Source: Prochlorococcus sp. AG-679-M23 (GTDB taxonomy: Bacteria; Cyanobacteriota; Cyanobacteriia; PCC-6307; Cyanobiaceae). Taken from it: a stretch of DNA of 64,000 nucleotides. Both the position numbers and the translations under genes were made by a program. The notes under the pieces are model-generated. The model worked only from the letters and a program-made list of their open reading frames with translations. It did not search any database and was not told where the DNA came from. The stretch is from positions 160,001 to 224,000 of the forward strand of contig QCUR01000002.1 of assembly GCA_003208875.1 (NCBI GenBank). The letters are read 5' to 3'. This document shows, one piece after another, positions 63,846 to 64,000 of the stretch; within the stretch, counting starts at the first letter, position 1; every line of letters starts with the position of its first letter.

Positions 63846-64000
63846 ATGGGAGAGCTTTCAGTAAGGGAATTACCATTGTTCCCTCTCCCAGAAGTCGTTC
63901 TTTTCCCACAAGAAGTCCTGCCACTACATATCTTTGAGTCGAGATACAGAATTATGCTTAAATCTGTACTTGAATCAGATTCAATGTTTGGAGTAATTAA
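63846..64000 (+). CDS. LON peptidase substrate-binding (N-terminal) domain protein, 3'-truncated by window edge
   Basis: Hand translation MGELSVRELPLFPLPEVVLFPQEVLPLHIFESRYRIM...; GAGG SD upstream. Confidence 0.85.
   Translation, partial: MGELSVRELPLFPLPEVVLFPQEVLPLHIFESRYRIMLKSVLESDSMFGVI

Overview
AT-rich, gene-dense core-genome segment of a marine picocyanobacterium, almost certainly Prochlorococcus and probably a high-light ecotype (inferred from low GC, the PsaA N-terminus, the long PsaL and gene order). It contains: the end of a Hik2/CSK-type kinase, psaD-trpE-gshA-ppc, recF, speD, larE, a tandem-duplicated cob(I)alamin adenosyltransferase, moeB, a CAAD/CurT protein, crtD, tyrA, recA with a LexA box, ldpA, ndhN, the large rplC-to-prfA ribosomal cluster, an HNH nuclease, alr, a cbiG/cobJ fusion, psaAB, psaI-psaL, cell-wall hydrolases, a resolvase-like gene, lipA, Fd-GOGAT and rpsL-rpsG-fusA-tuf-rpsJ. 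Three tRNAs (Arg-CCG, Gln-TTG, Ser-GCT) and two small genes missing from the ORF track (rpmJ, psaI) were read by hand. I saw no CRISPR array, prophage, IS element or genomic island. The best leads for something undescribed are: (1) a serine-resolvase homologue lacking its catalytic residues but keeping its HTH, coupled to a small acidic ORF and preceded by AACGTT palindromes and direct repeats; (2) an HNH protein with an N-terminus resembling the PLMP domain (IshB-like); (3) a recF frame with no canonical start codon ahead of its Walker A motif; (4) a highly structured rplC leader; (5) an orphan Fe-S-type LarE. All calls come from manual motif recognition; no database searches or folding computations were run.
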